DNA from: Podarcis liolepis
Taxonomy: Eukaryota
Strand: one strand, 5' to 3'
NCBI GenBank assembly: GCA_965112155.1
Contig: OZ218107.1
DNA: 64,000 nt
This document shows positions 9,908 to 22,516 of this stretch, one piece after another. Every line of letters starts with the position of its first letter. The first letter of the stretch is position 1. The translations under genes and the position numbers were made by a program. Below the pieces are notes generated by a model. The model was given only the letters and a program-made list of their open reading frames with translations, was not told where the DNA came from and did no database searches.

Positions 9908-12900
9908 GTGATGGGGAAAAGCATGGGAGGGGATGGTGCTGGAAATGCAATGTGTGGGAGGGGCAGGTGGTGGGTTCAGACCTAGTTCCCATTTGCTACT
10001 CTTCTGCTACTCTTTTTTTCTTTGTGGAGTATTGGAGTTCTGCTTAGGCAGCGCTGATGCGAAGTGCCACCTCTTTCTTTCCCCAGATCCCCCATCCCCG
10101 ATGATCTCTTTTCATTTCTCCACTCACAGTTCCATTCCTGGCCATCACATGTCAGAGCTTAGTAGCTTAGCTTGTGTTTTCACAGTTGGGAAAGGCAAAG
10201 GCATGGTTGAGGAGAGGCCAGCATACGAGTGGGAGCAATAGCCGCAGAGTTTGGGGTTTTCTCGGCACCAAACTGTGATGGTTAGTACAGATACGAGAAG
10301 GTGGCCTGAGGCGGAGAATGGAAGAGATAGAATGGGCATGAAGAAGATACAGGTCTTCTTACATATGTACTTTTAAGCAAAATTGATGGGACGTGAATAG
10401 TGTGGGATCAACTTAATGCATTTTATGTTGATTACATGCAAAAAATCATTCAGTTCTTTTGTGAAGACTCTGTGGGTTAAAGGCTGAAATATGGAGTTGC
10501 ATATATACATATACATATATATATATATATACTGAAGATAAAAATGTATTGAAATCTTGGTATATTTACCAGGGGGAGGGGAGGTTTGATATGTATGCAG
10601 ATCTAGCCAGTAGTCCAGTCAACAGTAACCCAGTGAGGTCACTTCTGAAAGACGAATTGGAATGATAAAAGCGAATGCCAGTGAAACTTTCAGCAAAAGT
10701 CTTGGGAAAATTCAAATGTTGGGGTCCCAGGGGAGGTTTTGTTGCAGGTTTTGTGCTACTCATGAACAACTTGTTAATTTTGAAATGGTGAAATATCAAA
10801 TATGGGTTGGTTTATGCACAAGCTTAAATGTGAAAATTAATTGACACGAACTATCGTAACAACATGAGTTTCTTATTGCTACGATATTTAGTAGACAAAC
10901 CCAGCAGAGCAAACCTTTCCAATGCAAGGGAACATAAAGGGCAGTGAATGAAAAGAAGAGCAGGGTTGGCAACTCAAGCTCCACTGTTGTTCTGATGAAT
11001 TTAATCTGGCAGGGAGAAGGCTCAGCCATTGCTCCCTCCTCTAGCATATCATGCAACACGAGCAAGATGAATAATGGAAAGGCTTCCTCTGCTGATGGTG
11101 TATTTCCTCTGAGTAGAAAGTGGAAGAAGGTGGTGGTGGGAATAGGGCCAGCACAACTCAGACATATGTATATGTGTATTTATTGAATATATTCTTATAT
11201 TTGATAATTATAGTGTTGTGGAAATACACGGCTTGTCTTCCACAGGGCATGAGGAGATGAATCATCAGATCCTACAGATGCTGTGGTGACGACTGGAGAG
11301 CAGAGTTGGAAAGATGTGGGGAATATTGTTGTGAAGGGGACCGGCAGGTTCAAAAGTGCAAAAGCGGTATCACTTAGCATCTTGAGAGTTGTTCTGGCCC
11401 TGTCCTCAGTGCATATGGTACTGATAACAGCAGTTTGGCTACCAAGGAGGAATAACTGTAAATGCAAGTTAAAATGAGACACTTGTTAGAAGCGATATTG
11501 TTTCGTTTACAGCAGGAACCCTCAGGTAAGGGCAACAGGTCCATTGTTGCTTCCCAAAAATGTGGCAAAGCACCTCACTTTTTCATGGGTCTGTTGTTCT
11601 GCTTTCCTAACTGGAAAGGACTGTGAAAAGTGCTCTTCGGCTATCTTGGGCACATTGCAGTAGAACTGAACGCATGGACAGGCACAGGCCCTGAGCTTTG
11701 GAAGCAGCCATTCTTTTTCGAGCCACATTTCCTGCAGCTGATTCTCTTCTCGTGTATCCTTCCAACCATACCCTACTTGGCTTTATCTTAATACCTTTCT
11801 TGCATTTAAGCCAACTGAAGGCCTTGTTTTTTTGGTAGGCAGAGGCCAGGAGGAAGGGCCTGAACATTTTGTGAAATCGGATTCCCCCACCTCCTCTGGA
11901 TTTACTAAGCAAGTTATGGAAGGAGGGATGCCCTCTCTATGGTTGGAGGAGTAGAACGCCTTTTTGTTCCTCTCTTCTTTCTCCTGTAAAGAAAGTAATG
12001 CTTGCTTAGCAGTCTGCAGAACATGGAGTGAACCCTCTGACAAGAGCAGTTGAGAAGGCATTCATTTCATTTGTAAATATGGTTTTCTTTTCTATTACAT
12101 TTTGTACAAACTAGTGCTTCTCTTCTTGTGAATATTCAGGTTTGGAGAGAAGAGGGATTTTAGGTTGTCCTCCCACCCCTGCAACTTTCAGGCGATGTGT
12201 CTGGAAGTTGTTTGATGTGGGCCCAGGCTGTTAAAAATGGGGGAGAAGGAGAGAAAACTGCATGCATTGAATACCTCTATCTACACACCTGCCACCTTTT
12301 TTCTTCATGGTTCGAAAATATATTAGATCACCTCTAGCCTTGCTAGCAGGGCTTTCATGTTCTAATGGAAGCACACTATATCTCCCTTGCTTGATTCTAA
12401 ACTCCATACCATAACCCTTCTCTGGAATCTGGGTCCTGGGCATTGTGCTGTTTTCCCTTGGTGATGAAGCAAACCATCATTTTGAATGTTCAGTTTAGAT
12501 CATCACCCAACACTACAGGGACTTCTCCAAAGTTAATGTTGGCTTGGAAACCTTGGGACTGGGAAATCTCAGTTTACTAGTACTTCTTAAGGTTTATTAA
12601 GCAGCTGGGTTTGATCCTACTGATTAAGCCTGCCTTTGGCAGCTATGTCAGTATTCCCATCCCTCAGCTGAAACCAAATGCAGTTGAGAATGGTACTTCG
12701 GAGAAAATTAAACTGAAAAACAAACCAAAAAGATGCTAACTGAACTCTCAGAATGATTCCAGATCTTTGTTTTGGATGACGGTTCACTATGGTTCACATT
12801 TTCTTATAACCTTTTTCTCTGACCCTAGCTCAATTTAAACGTTGAATGACATGTTTACATTTATAGTGTTTAGGTTTGATAATATTAAAGTGCTTTACAA

Positions 12901-13112
12901 ATTTTAATTTGTGTGCACAGAGTGTGAAAATTGTCTGCTTAAGGATAACAGGAAATGTTGGAGGACTTTCAACAACAATCCATTTGCAGGTGTCTTGTGT
13001 ATTGCCTTGACACATGAAATGAGCCTCTGGCTTTCTTTCCCCTTCTCTTTCATTTGAAACATACATTTTTCTTTCTCTTGAAATTTGACCAAGAGGGAAA
13101 GGGTTGGTTGGA

Positions 13113-13113
<1 letters not shown>

Positions 13114-13156
<43 letters not shown>
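13114..13156. repeat. (CA)n microsatellite
   Basis: Direct reading. Confidence 0.97.
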
Positions 13157-13158
<2 letters not shown>

Positions 13159-13620
13159 CTTGGAACACTGATTACAATTTTGTAATTTAAAATTCCGAGT
13201 GTTATTTCACTAAAAATAATCGAGTGAACATAACAGGAAATTTTAGCAGCAGGTGCTGTTTATGCTAGAATGGAGGCTGTGATGTTGGTTGCTTAACTTG
13301 CCAAAAAAATACATGAGACTTTGTACGAGAGGCCAACAAAAGTGAATGTTTATCAGCTCAGAAACCCAGTTTCTTCTTCCTCTTAGAAAAATGGGGTGTG
13401 TTCCTAATATTTCTGTCATTTCATAACATTGATCCCCCCCCCACCATGAACTAAGGGTGTTTGTTTTGCATGGGTGAGTGGTTCTGTACCTGAACATACA
13501 TAATGTAACTGGTATGGTTTTTTTTCAGTCTGGCATATCTTGCCATTAATGTCTTTTGGGAGGATATATTGAAATACTTTCTAAACGCTCATACTTCTGG
13601 AGCCATGGCAATATGTATGT

Positions 13621-13626
13621 AATAAA
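13621..13626 (+). terminator. Candidate proximal poly(A) signal AATAAA
   Basis: TGTA repeats immediately upstream (tatgtatgt-aataaa) and a G-rich tract downstream at 13653-13667. Confidence 0.35.
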
Positions 13627-15534
13627 TGTTATGGTATAAAGGAGGAAAAGATGGGGTGGGGTGGGGGAATGGCAGACTTCCCATGCTGTTAGACATTAGT
13701 ATGGCATGCTGCCGGACCACTTATTCTGGCATTCTTTAATGGAGGTGGTATGTCTGCCAATGTAGCAATACACCATGTTATGTTATGTTATATCCTGCCA
13801 TAATGTGTGGTGCTCCATAAATTTGGTGAGTGGGGTATTATGCATGACACAAACATATCAAAGAAAATGGGTTGTCCCTGCATCAGCACTAATCTACAGG
13901 TTTTTAAAAGTATACTGCCACTCTCCATCCCCACCCCATACTCCCTTGCACATGTAAATCAACTAGTATCTTTCATACTTGCCAAAATCCAACACAATCC
14001 CAATTTGGGCACAGGTATTCCGGCAGTTTCTTACAACCCACTTCCTGCCACTGGGAATTCTTCTTCAAATTCCTTTAATAAAAATCTACATCATTCCTAA
14101 ATACAGTCATAGTTAGGATAATCAGAGGCTAGTTGTACAGAGGAACTATTTTGTTCCAGGATGTTGTCAGAACAAACATGTATGCCTCATGAGTTTGCTT
14201 AGATGAAGCATGGCCATACCCCTTCTTGTCCAAAAGAGCTGGCAGCCTATATTCATGATTGTACTCCGTATTGCCCACCTGCTCCCAAATGGGGCTTGTG
14301 TTGGTTTCATTCCATCACATCCATCAGATATATGTGCATGAAGCTACCTGAAAGATCGGGCCCTGAAGTTCCTGGCAACAATAGAAGAGGACCTCAACCC
14401 CTCAAGCTTGCATTTTGCATCCTCTCCCATAAGTGCTTCCCTACAATTACATATTGAACATACCAGGTCTGTCCAAGTGGAAAACGTCCACTCTACTTCT
14501 GGACGCTGCTCGAATATGAAGAAAGTAATTAGTGGGACACTAGCTTTGTCCCCCAAGGGCTTATTTCCAGTTTGTAGCCAAATAGGCTTCCAAGCCATAA
14601 TTCTGTTCTTAATATTCCCTACACCCTCACCACTGGAAAAGTTGGTTAGGGTTATAACCGCCAGTTATAGATCCAGACATATAGCATCATTTTCATTATG
14701 GATGGGTTTCCATTTCTGGCACCCATCCAGACAAACTTCAAACTAAACCACCACATTTTAAAAACTTTTATTTTAAATACTCTGAAGGCCCGCCCTTTCC
14801 AGCCTCTGAATGTTACCAAATTCCCTTTATTGTTGACAATAATGTGAATTAGTGTAGAGTACATCTTGACAAAATTAGAATATTCTCTATTAGCAAAGTC
14901 CAGTTAAAAACAACAAAGCAGTGCTATGAAGATTGAAGATCACTTCACACAACCAGACCATCTTGGTGATAGACCAGTGAGCCAAGGAGGGGCATAGACA
15001 AAGGGCACCCCCATAAGCTTCAAATTAAATTGCCCTCCTCCATGATGAGTTGGTGGAGTGAGTGGACCCAGGCTCAGGTCTGCCTGTGGTAAAGCTTAAT
15101 ACCATACCCAGCTCACATGTCATGCCATCTGCGAAGCTGTGGGGTGTGCAACAATTTGACCACATGTCAGACTGAGCTGGATCCATTTGGTCAGCAAGCC
15201 CATCATGCCAATTCAATCATCTGAACTGGGCTCAAGATAAAATCTGTGTTATCAGTTATTCATAATTTAATTTATTTAACCTATCACAAGTGGTTGTAAT
15301 GAATACCACAGTTAAGTTCTTGGAAGGTCCGACCTATTCCATACTGAGTTAACTGCATTTCTTTCATAAACACTGGTGTTTGTGTGTATACACACACACA
15401 CCACATACTAAAAAGCTGAATAATATATATGTAGGTCTCACATAACTTCAGCAAAAAGCCTGAGTATGTATGGACACATCTCAAACATCAAAATCAATAT
15501 ATTTCAGCAAACATTTTTGACTCTTTTTAGTCAC

Positions 15535-15540
15535 AATAAA
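15535..15540 (+). terminator. Candidate poly(A) signal AATAAA
   Basis: U-rich upstream, U/GU-rich downstream (ttgtttttaatgttatgt); lies in an AT-rich regulatory-looking block. Confidence 0.35.
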
Positions 15541-16481
15541 GCATTTTATCAAAGCAGAAACAATGCAACATTTCCTGACATTGTTTTTAATGTTATGTAT
15601 TCATGTTGTGCCATATATATCATCCGCTTATTTGATTGCGGTTATATGTAAATATAAGTGTACATATGTACAGGAGCTAATTACAGCAGCTATATTCAGG
15701 TTGGGGGAAGAGGGTAATTTTTTTATATGTACAGTATTTCCATATTAAGCAAAGGCATGGGGAAGGGGGAATTGACTTATGAGTTGTGGTTTTCCTTGGT
15801 CTGTGGTGTTTGAAGTTGTTTCAGTGATTGCTTTTGCCAGTTTGGGAAGTTTATCTGGATGTTCTATGTGTGTGCTAAGAAAGGGACTCATGTTGGGGGA
15901 GGTTTGGGGGCTGGTGGCGGGTGGGGAGGAAAAGGGTGTTAATAGTTTCCTTAATTAGAACATGTATTGATAGCTAGAGATTACATGTTTGAGATTATAT
16001 GTTTGAAACACCAGGCTACCCCTTTCCTTAGATTGTCTGTCTTTATTTTTTCCCCTCTCTCTCCTCTGAAAACTGTCCCATGTTTCTCTCCCTTCCTTTT
16101 CCTGGGATGTTAGTAACATCCACCATTTTGATATGTGTGTCTTTCTCTGACATTGTTCAAGGGTCTTCTTCACCCACTTCTTCTGCAAGGAAAAGCCATT
16201 TTCTAACATCCCTCCTACACAGCAGGTTGTTATTCTGGATCTTCTACGTAAAACCCATGCCAGAGCCTCACTCCCCATGTTCAAATCTGACCATAACCCC
16301 ACCTTACTGAAGTGTGTTCAGGTCTCTTCTGAGGTTTTGTACCTCATTTTTTTGTTCAGGCTACTCTGCTTCTTTGGCTGTCACCTCACCCCCTCCTGCT
16401 CTCTTGCTGTGCATGTGTGATTTTGGGCATCTAAAGATGGCATCTCTTTTCCAAGCAGAACCCTTTCATTGTGGGTAGTAA

Positions 16482-16645
16482 AGCTAGTGTGGTAGACTGA
16501 GTTGAGTGTTAGATTTGTACTTCACATCCTTACTCAGCCATGAAGCTTGCTAGATGGCCTACTCTTAGAGAGATGAAATTGGGATTATCCTAGATATGCC
16601 ACCCTGCACTATTTGAAGGAAGGGCAGGATTTTAATTATTTAATA
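16482..16645 (+). mobile_element. Degenerate MIR/Ther1-derived (Squam3-like) SINE
   Basis: gctagtgtggt..gagtgttaga..cttactcagccatgaagc..gccaccctg..ggaagggcaggat plus an AT-rich tail. Confidence 0.5.
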
Positions 16646-17156
16646 TGATTAAAATAGAAATAATTGACAGATGTTGTTACCCAGCCACCCACATGCTAAT
16701 AGGTACATTTCTGAAATCACCTGGTATTGCTCTTCAGCTAGTCAGGTAGCGGCAGAGCAGTGTACCATCTGTGATCTCCTTGGAAAAGTTCTTTGGACTC
16801 TAATAAACAGTTGGCATGATTTGACAATTGAGGCATGGACACAAAGCCTTTTCACCATGCTTTCTTTCATGAGGGTCCTCATAAATCCCATCAAATGCAC
16901 TTTGTCAGCCTTCATTTCAACCATCTAACATTGTATTACCTTAAAATTGCCTTCTTATTACAAGAAATCTTGATCATAAGTCTTTATATGGTTGGTTGCT
17001 CATCATTATGTCCTCTCTAATTTTCTCAACACCCTTTTGTAAAAGTGCAAAATAAAATCAAAAGTATATCTAGTACGCTTACCCTCCCCTGTTCCCTCTT
17101 GCTACTGCCCTTGTTGTCTAACATCAGCCCTTTTGACACCCTGATCTTGTTATCCA

Positions 17157-17345
17157 AAAACACAAGGCGAGCCTGCTGGATCAGGCCAGTGGCCCAGCTA
17201 GTCCAGCATCTCACAGGGGCCAATGAGATGTCTATGGGAAGCCTGAAAGCAGGACTTGACCACAGCAGCCCTCTCCCCACCCTTGATTCCCAGTGGTTGG
17301 TATTCAGACACCTACTGCCTTCAACAGTGGAGGCAGAACCATGCC
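17157..17345 (-). mobile_element. CR1 LINE 3' UTR fragment
   Basis: gagcctgctggatcaggccagtggcccagctagtccagcatc... matches the reverse of a common squamate CR1 3' end. Confidence 0.75.
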
Positions 17346-18366
17346 AGAATAATGAGCTCCTCCCACAAAGTGGCCAATGTTCACTCCCCTCTTCACTGAG
17401 CCAGCCTGACTCATATCTCCTTATCCCTGGTGAAGGAAACAGACCTTCTTTTATTTCCAAAGGCTCGGTGTCTGAGGGTTTGATTTCCATTTGGGAGGTA
17501 CGGTTTATGCTGAGTACAACCTACCAGAATATTCTCTCGCACAAGCTCCATTGAGCACCCCTTGTGCTGGATTCCGCCCATTGTTTGTAGAGAGGTGCCT
17601 CCTCACCCCCCTTCACTGCATTAAGGGATGTTCCTGCATTACATAATCCTCACCTGCTCCTTTTATTTTGGTCATTTTCAAATGTTCTTAGCATCAAGTT
17701 CATGTGTTTTAGGCTACCAATAGTGGTGTGGAAAACAATGGCCTTAGAATGTTTTCCCTGAGAAAACAAAATAGAAAGAAAGGGCTCGTGGTAGTTGATG
17801 TTTTCTTCAGCAGCTGCAGGTTACCCAAGGAGCTGCCCTCACCCTTCTGTCACATGCAGAATAAGGATATTAATGTTTTGTTTGGCTTTCTGAACTGTGT
17901 ATTGGGGTGGGGATATGGGTGCATGCCAGCCTGACCATCTTTTAAAGTAAAGTGGGGTTCAGGGTATCCTTTCAGCCCAACAATTTGCCTTTTCAGTTAA
18001 AAGCATCTGGATTTGCATTGTGCCTTTGTATTCTTCTTACTGATCTGGAAATAACTTTGCTTAATAATATCTTCCCATAGAAAACTGGTAATTGAAATCT
18101 ATTGGTTGACCAGTTCTCTAGCCAGTTAACTAGCTTTATTTGTACTGATTTTTACCATAATGTTATGTAATGCTTATTGTGTGCCTTTTATTTATGTAGC
18201 AGTTTGCAGGTCAATCCAATCTGTTTGTTTTAGTAGCAGCATCTGAAACAATGATTTGCAATTTTCCTAGCTCAAGTTCAATTTGCCCTTTCTACAAGCC
18301 CCAATTGTAGGGTGCTGCCTAGGGGCAGGGGGAATCTTGCACCCCTCCCTCTGGACCATATAACTA

Positions 18367-18696
18367 CAGTGGTGCCCCGCAAGACGAATGCCTCGCAAGA
18401 CGGAAAACTCGCTAGATGAAAGAGTTTTCCGTTTTGGAGGTGCTTCACAAAATGGATTTCCTATGGGCTTGCTTCGCAAGACGACAATGCCTTGCGAGTG
18501 CCTGCAGTTTTTTTTCCTTTTCCCCTGCCTTTTTCTAAGCCGCTAAGCCGCTTATCAGATGATCCGATCAGCAGATAAGCCGCTAAAAGCCGCTAATCCG
18601 CTAATCCGTCAATGGGCTTGCTTTGCAAGACAAAAAAAAAACGCTAGACGAAGAGAATCACAGAATGGATTCTTTTCGTCTTGTGAGGCACCACTG
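18367..18696. mobile_element. Tc1/mariner (Tigger/pogo-like) MITE
   Basis: TIRs cagtggtgccccgcaagacgaa / ttcgtcttgtgaggcaccactg; TA on both sides; internal cgcaagacg and ccgctaa repeats. Confidence 0.9.
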
Positions 18697-21600
18697 TACT
18701 CTTGTGTGACCTAACTGTTCTACAACAAAGGCAGGGGCAGCTGCCTTTATAGAGATCACGTCCCAGAATATATACAGGGTTGTGGAACAAGCCATGCCCT
18801 TTTATTGACTCTGTGACCCTTCCATCTAACCATATGAGCAACTGTGTAAGATCTGGACATGGGAAGTTCTGTTCTGGATAAAGAATGTGTAGAATATCAT
18901 GAAGAGCCATGACTAAAGCCAGAGAGGATGCTGATGTTTCTCTCTACTATGTTGTAAGCTCCACTTGCATTGTGGTTTGTGAGAGGGAAGCTGAGAGTAT
19001 ATACAGTTTTATCTTAAAGGCAGGTGTTAGTTTTTGTGATTTGCTGTAAGCAGAGATCAAAAGTAAAGCCTTGTGGAATGAGTTATTATTTTGCCAAGTA
19101 TAAAACTACTCTTGGTTGGGGGCTCAGTGGGTGTGGCAAAGGACTTTGGCTCCCTCTGAAAGGTTGATTTTATAGCTCAACGGTCCTGTGTGCATGTGGT
19201 GCACATTTGCCACCTGAATAAAGTGGACTGAGAGTAGCTTTACAGTGTACATATAGCTAGATTTGTAGACAGAAAGGACTATTGTGTGGCCTATTTTTCT
19301 GTGCAATTCATGATAGGCAGAAGAGGTTAAGAACTGATTTGAAGGATTTCTTGCTAGCCAAACATCATTCCATAGAAGTGGGAGAATTTGCCCCTCTGCA
19401 ACTTGGATTCTGTTATTCCCACAACCCACCAACTCCCTTATGTTCTTAGCGGATGGTGCTGTCAGATGTAGGGCAATGTGTTATTCAGTATGTGGACAGT
19501 ATGTCACAGATGCCTCCGATTGTCACTGATGACTGCCTATTGCTCTTATGTGCAACATTTCCCCTCTGTGCTGCTTCTGTTTCTGCTATCGACTGCATCA
19601 TCATCCTTGTTAGTGTGCCAGGCTCTTTTGCTTTGCAGCCAAGGGCTGCACTGTCTGCAGCACAGCGCCTTGCTTTTCTGCCATGTTCTCCTTATTCACA
19701 GCTGGGTGCCAGGCGTCTTTCACTTGGTGCCAAGCTTCTTTCTGCCTTGCTACCAACTGCTGTGGTGCATACATCACTGAGTAACCTCTCATACATCTCA
19801 GAGGAAACATTGCTTGGAATGCCCTTTGGGTGACTCCTGAGACTATGGCAAACCCATCAACACCCTTTAATTAATTGTTCATACTCTGTTGGTTCAATTT
19901 GCACTATTATCATGGCCACCTTTACTCTTTAACAGGATGAAATTTAGACTTTGAGCCATAAGCTAAGTCTTGCTAGCTAGCAGATAACTGATTTGGATTT
20001 AGGCTAATGTGTTTCTTTGCTGAATAGTGCAATTGCTAAAAGACATATTACAGCCAGTACCTGACATCCTGTCTTGTTGCAAGACTCTGGCAGGGTCATG
20101 GGGGGAAAGTGGGAAGGTGCATTTACTGCAATCCTCTCATTTCCCAAAGCCAGTTTGTGGATTGATAGGAGAGTTGTATGGGTGGAGATCAATCTTCAGC
20201 ATGAAGCACTGCAGGGACCGATTTCCCCCCTTCATGCCTAAAAAGAAGCTTTCGGTGGGGATATACATATTTGGAAGGCAGCACCAGGAAAGGGTTGAAC
20301 CTCCACCCTCCTGCAGCCATGATCAAATTCCTCCTTCCCATGGCTGCTTTAAGCCTAAGCAAGAAACACTTGAGAGGTTCAATCATAGGTCTCCAGTATT
20401 AAGATTCAGCTTAGCCCAGAGATACAGAAGAGAGTTGGGGAAAGGAAAGCATAAAGGAGGTATAAGAGGCATGGGAAGGACAGGAGCAAAGTCTCCTTAT
20501 TGTCCATAACATTTCACAGTCAAATATTTAGTTCCTAGTATAAATCATTGGCTTTGGAAGCCTGAATCAATTACTGTGTTTATTCAAACAGGCAGGCAGG
20601 CACACACAAACCACTGTGAAATGTGTGTGCATGCTTTATGCATAATTTTAGGTAAGGTGGGGGAGCTTGGGTGGGGGGTAAAGGAGGCGTAGCCTGCAAT
20701 ACAGCGTTAAGATAGTTTCCGGTCTGTGTTGTTCAGATGGGAGGCTGTGTAATCTGTGTTTGTAATGTGTTTGATGGTAGGACAGTTCTGAGATGTCATT
20801 GTTAGAGAGCAGAGCTTTGCAATATACCTCTCTGGTCTTTTGTGCTGTTCTGTCTCATGCTCTCTCATTGGGGTGGGGTGGGGGCTTTTCCAATGATTAG
20901 GGGGCAGAAACCCTGGATCCTATTCTAGTTATATAGCGATGCTAGTCCTGATTCCAGAAGCATCTTCTTCCAAAATCACTGATGAGGGAGTCACCATATT
21001 GTGGGAGACAGCAGTTCTGTTGTTCACAGCTTTCAAAAAGCACAGCTGAAAAGGGTGCAGCCAGCAAAGACGTCTTTAAGGGAAATCTCGTAAAACATCC
21101 TCATTGGCAACATGTGTTTGCCTTGCTTACTGAAGTTTTGTTTAGAACTAGTACAGAATGGCTCCACCATCACTGCAGTAGACAGCTGATACAGTGCACA
21201 GTAAACAAGGGCATTCTATAAAATAAATAGTTGAAAACTGTAAATGCAAGAATGTCACGAGCTGTGGTGGTGAGTGAGCACATTTCTCACTGGTGGTATT
21301 GCAGGTACTCTGCAGTCATTGCCTATGCTGCTTGTGCAAATGCTGCAATAGAGACACTGCTAGAAATGTAGATCCCATATCACAAATGAGTAATGACAAC
21401 ACACTTACAGTCCAGTTCTGTGCAGCACTCTGTGCATCCAGGAGCCTAACTACATATAATATCAACAGTATGATTTACAATCACATTGCATGCTATTTTT
21501 TGAAAAAGAATACAGGTGCAGGGATGTGAGTGTCAATAAGATCAGGGTGCACAGGGTGAGAAGGGTTAAGCTCTACTCAGATGCAATTTGCATGAAATTC

Positions 21601-22457
21601 CCCTCCCTGCCCAGCACAGCTACTGCATTACATACCAAGCTCCCTTTGGCATTAGTGGGGATTCTCCCTCCCCAATGTTAATTTCTGTGTTGGGGGGGCA
21701 TTTTATGGAGACTGTGCCAACAGCAGGAAGGATCCTGATAACAGTTGTTTCCGCTGCACTTGATATTAAATTTTTAACAACACACAATGTGATTGCTAAT
21801 CACATCATTAATGTAATGTGTAGTTAGGCCCCTAAAGCCACTGAATTTTGTGGGATTAAGCATGTCAAACTTGGTGTAGAACTGGACCGTGAATGTGCTT
21901 TAACAAACTGATCATCTGGAAAGCTCCCTCCCTTTTAAAAACTAACTGGGAAATTTCTAACAAAACTTTCCTAGTGGGGAAAAAGCACTTTGCCAACATT
22001 TGGCCACTAGTAAAAGAAAAGAAAAATCTCCAGACTGAAATGGAGCTTAATTGACAATTTAAACTGACTAAAATGAATGTTTTGTGTATGTGGAGTGAAT
22101 GGTGAGACCAAGTTAGAATGATTCATCTAAAACAAAAGAGATTCTGAAAACGAATGTAACTAAAAATGTAGATTTCCTTCTTTTGTCTGTATTATAGAGA
22201 GAGAACACAATTTACAATTGACAGAAATAACAATTTCAAGCAACATTTCCCAAAACAGCAAGGAACGTCAGCATGAACCACATTACTGTATGATTCTAGG
22301 CTTACTGCTGTTCAAAGACCCAATGCTCTTCATCTTTTCTCTTTTATGGGTTTTCACAACTTCCCTATCCTCATCCATAATGAATGGCTAAATCCACCAG
22401 GTTGTCTCATTCAGAATCTAATTTCTGTACATTTACTTCAGCTAGTGCATCCATACG

Positions 22458-22488
<31 letters not shown>

Positions 22489-22516
22489 TATGTGATTGAT
22501 TGATTGATTGATTGAT
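22458..22516. repeat. Compound (GT)n + (GATT)n microsatellite
   Basis: Direct reading. Confidence 0.95.

Noticed and set aside
9905-9911. Stop-codon readthrough
   Set aside because: The context is TGA GTG, not the TGA CTAG readthrough motif, and extension would mask the ESDV PDZ ligand.
8148-9992. Overlapping alternative-frame and antisense ORFs within the last exon
   Set aside because: By-products of GC-rich coding sequence and the N block; no recognisable protein.
17026-17554. 154-aa and 169-aa ORFs
   Set aside because: They span a CR1 3' UTR fragment; no domain similarity.
19453-19833. 126-aa hydrophobic ORF in the UTR
   Set aside because: Explained by A-poor, TGC-rich composition; no homologue recognised and no splice or promoter support.
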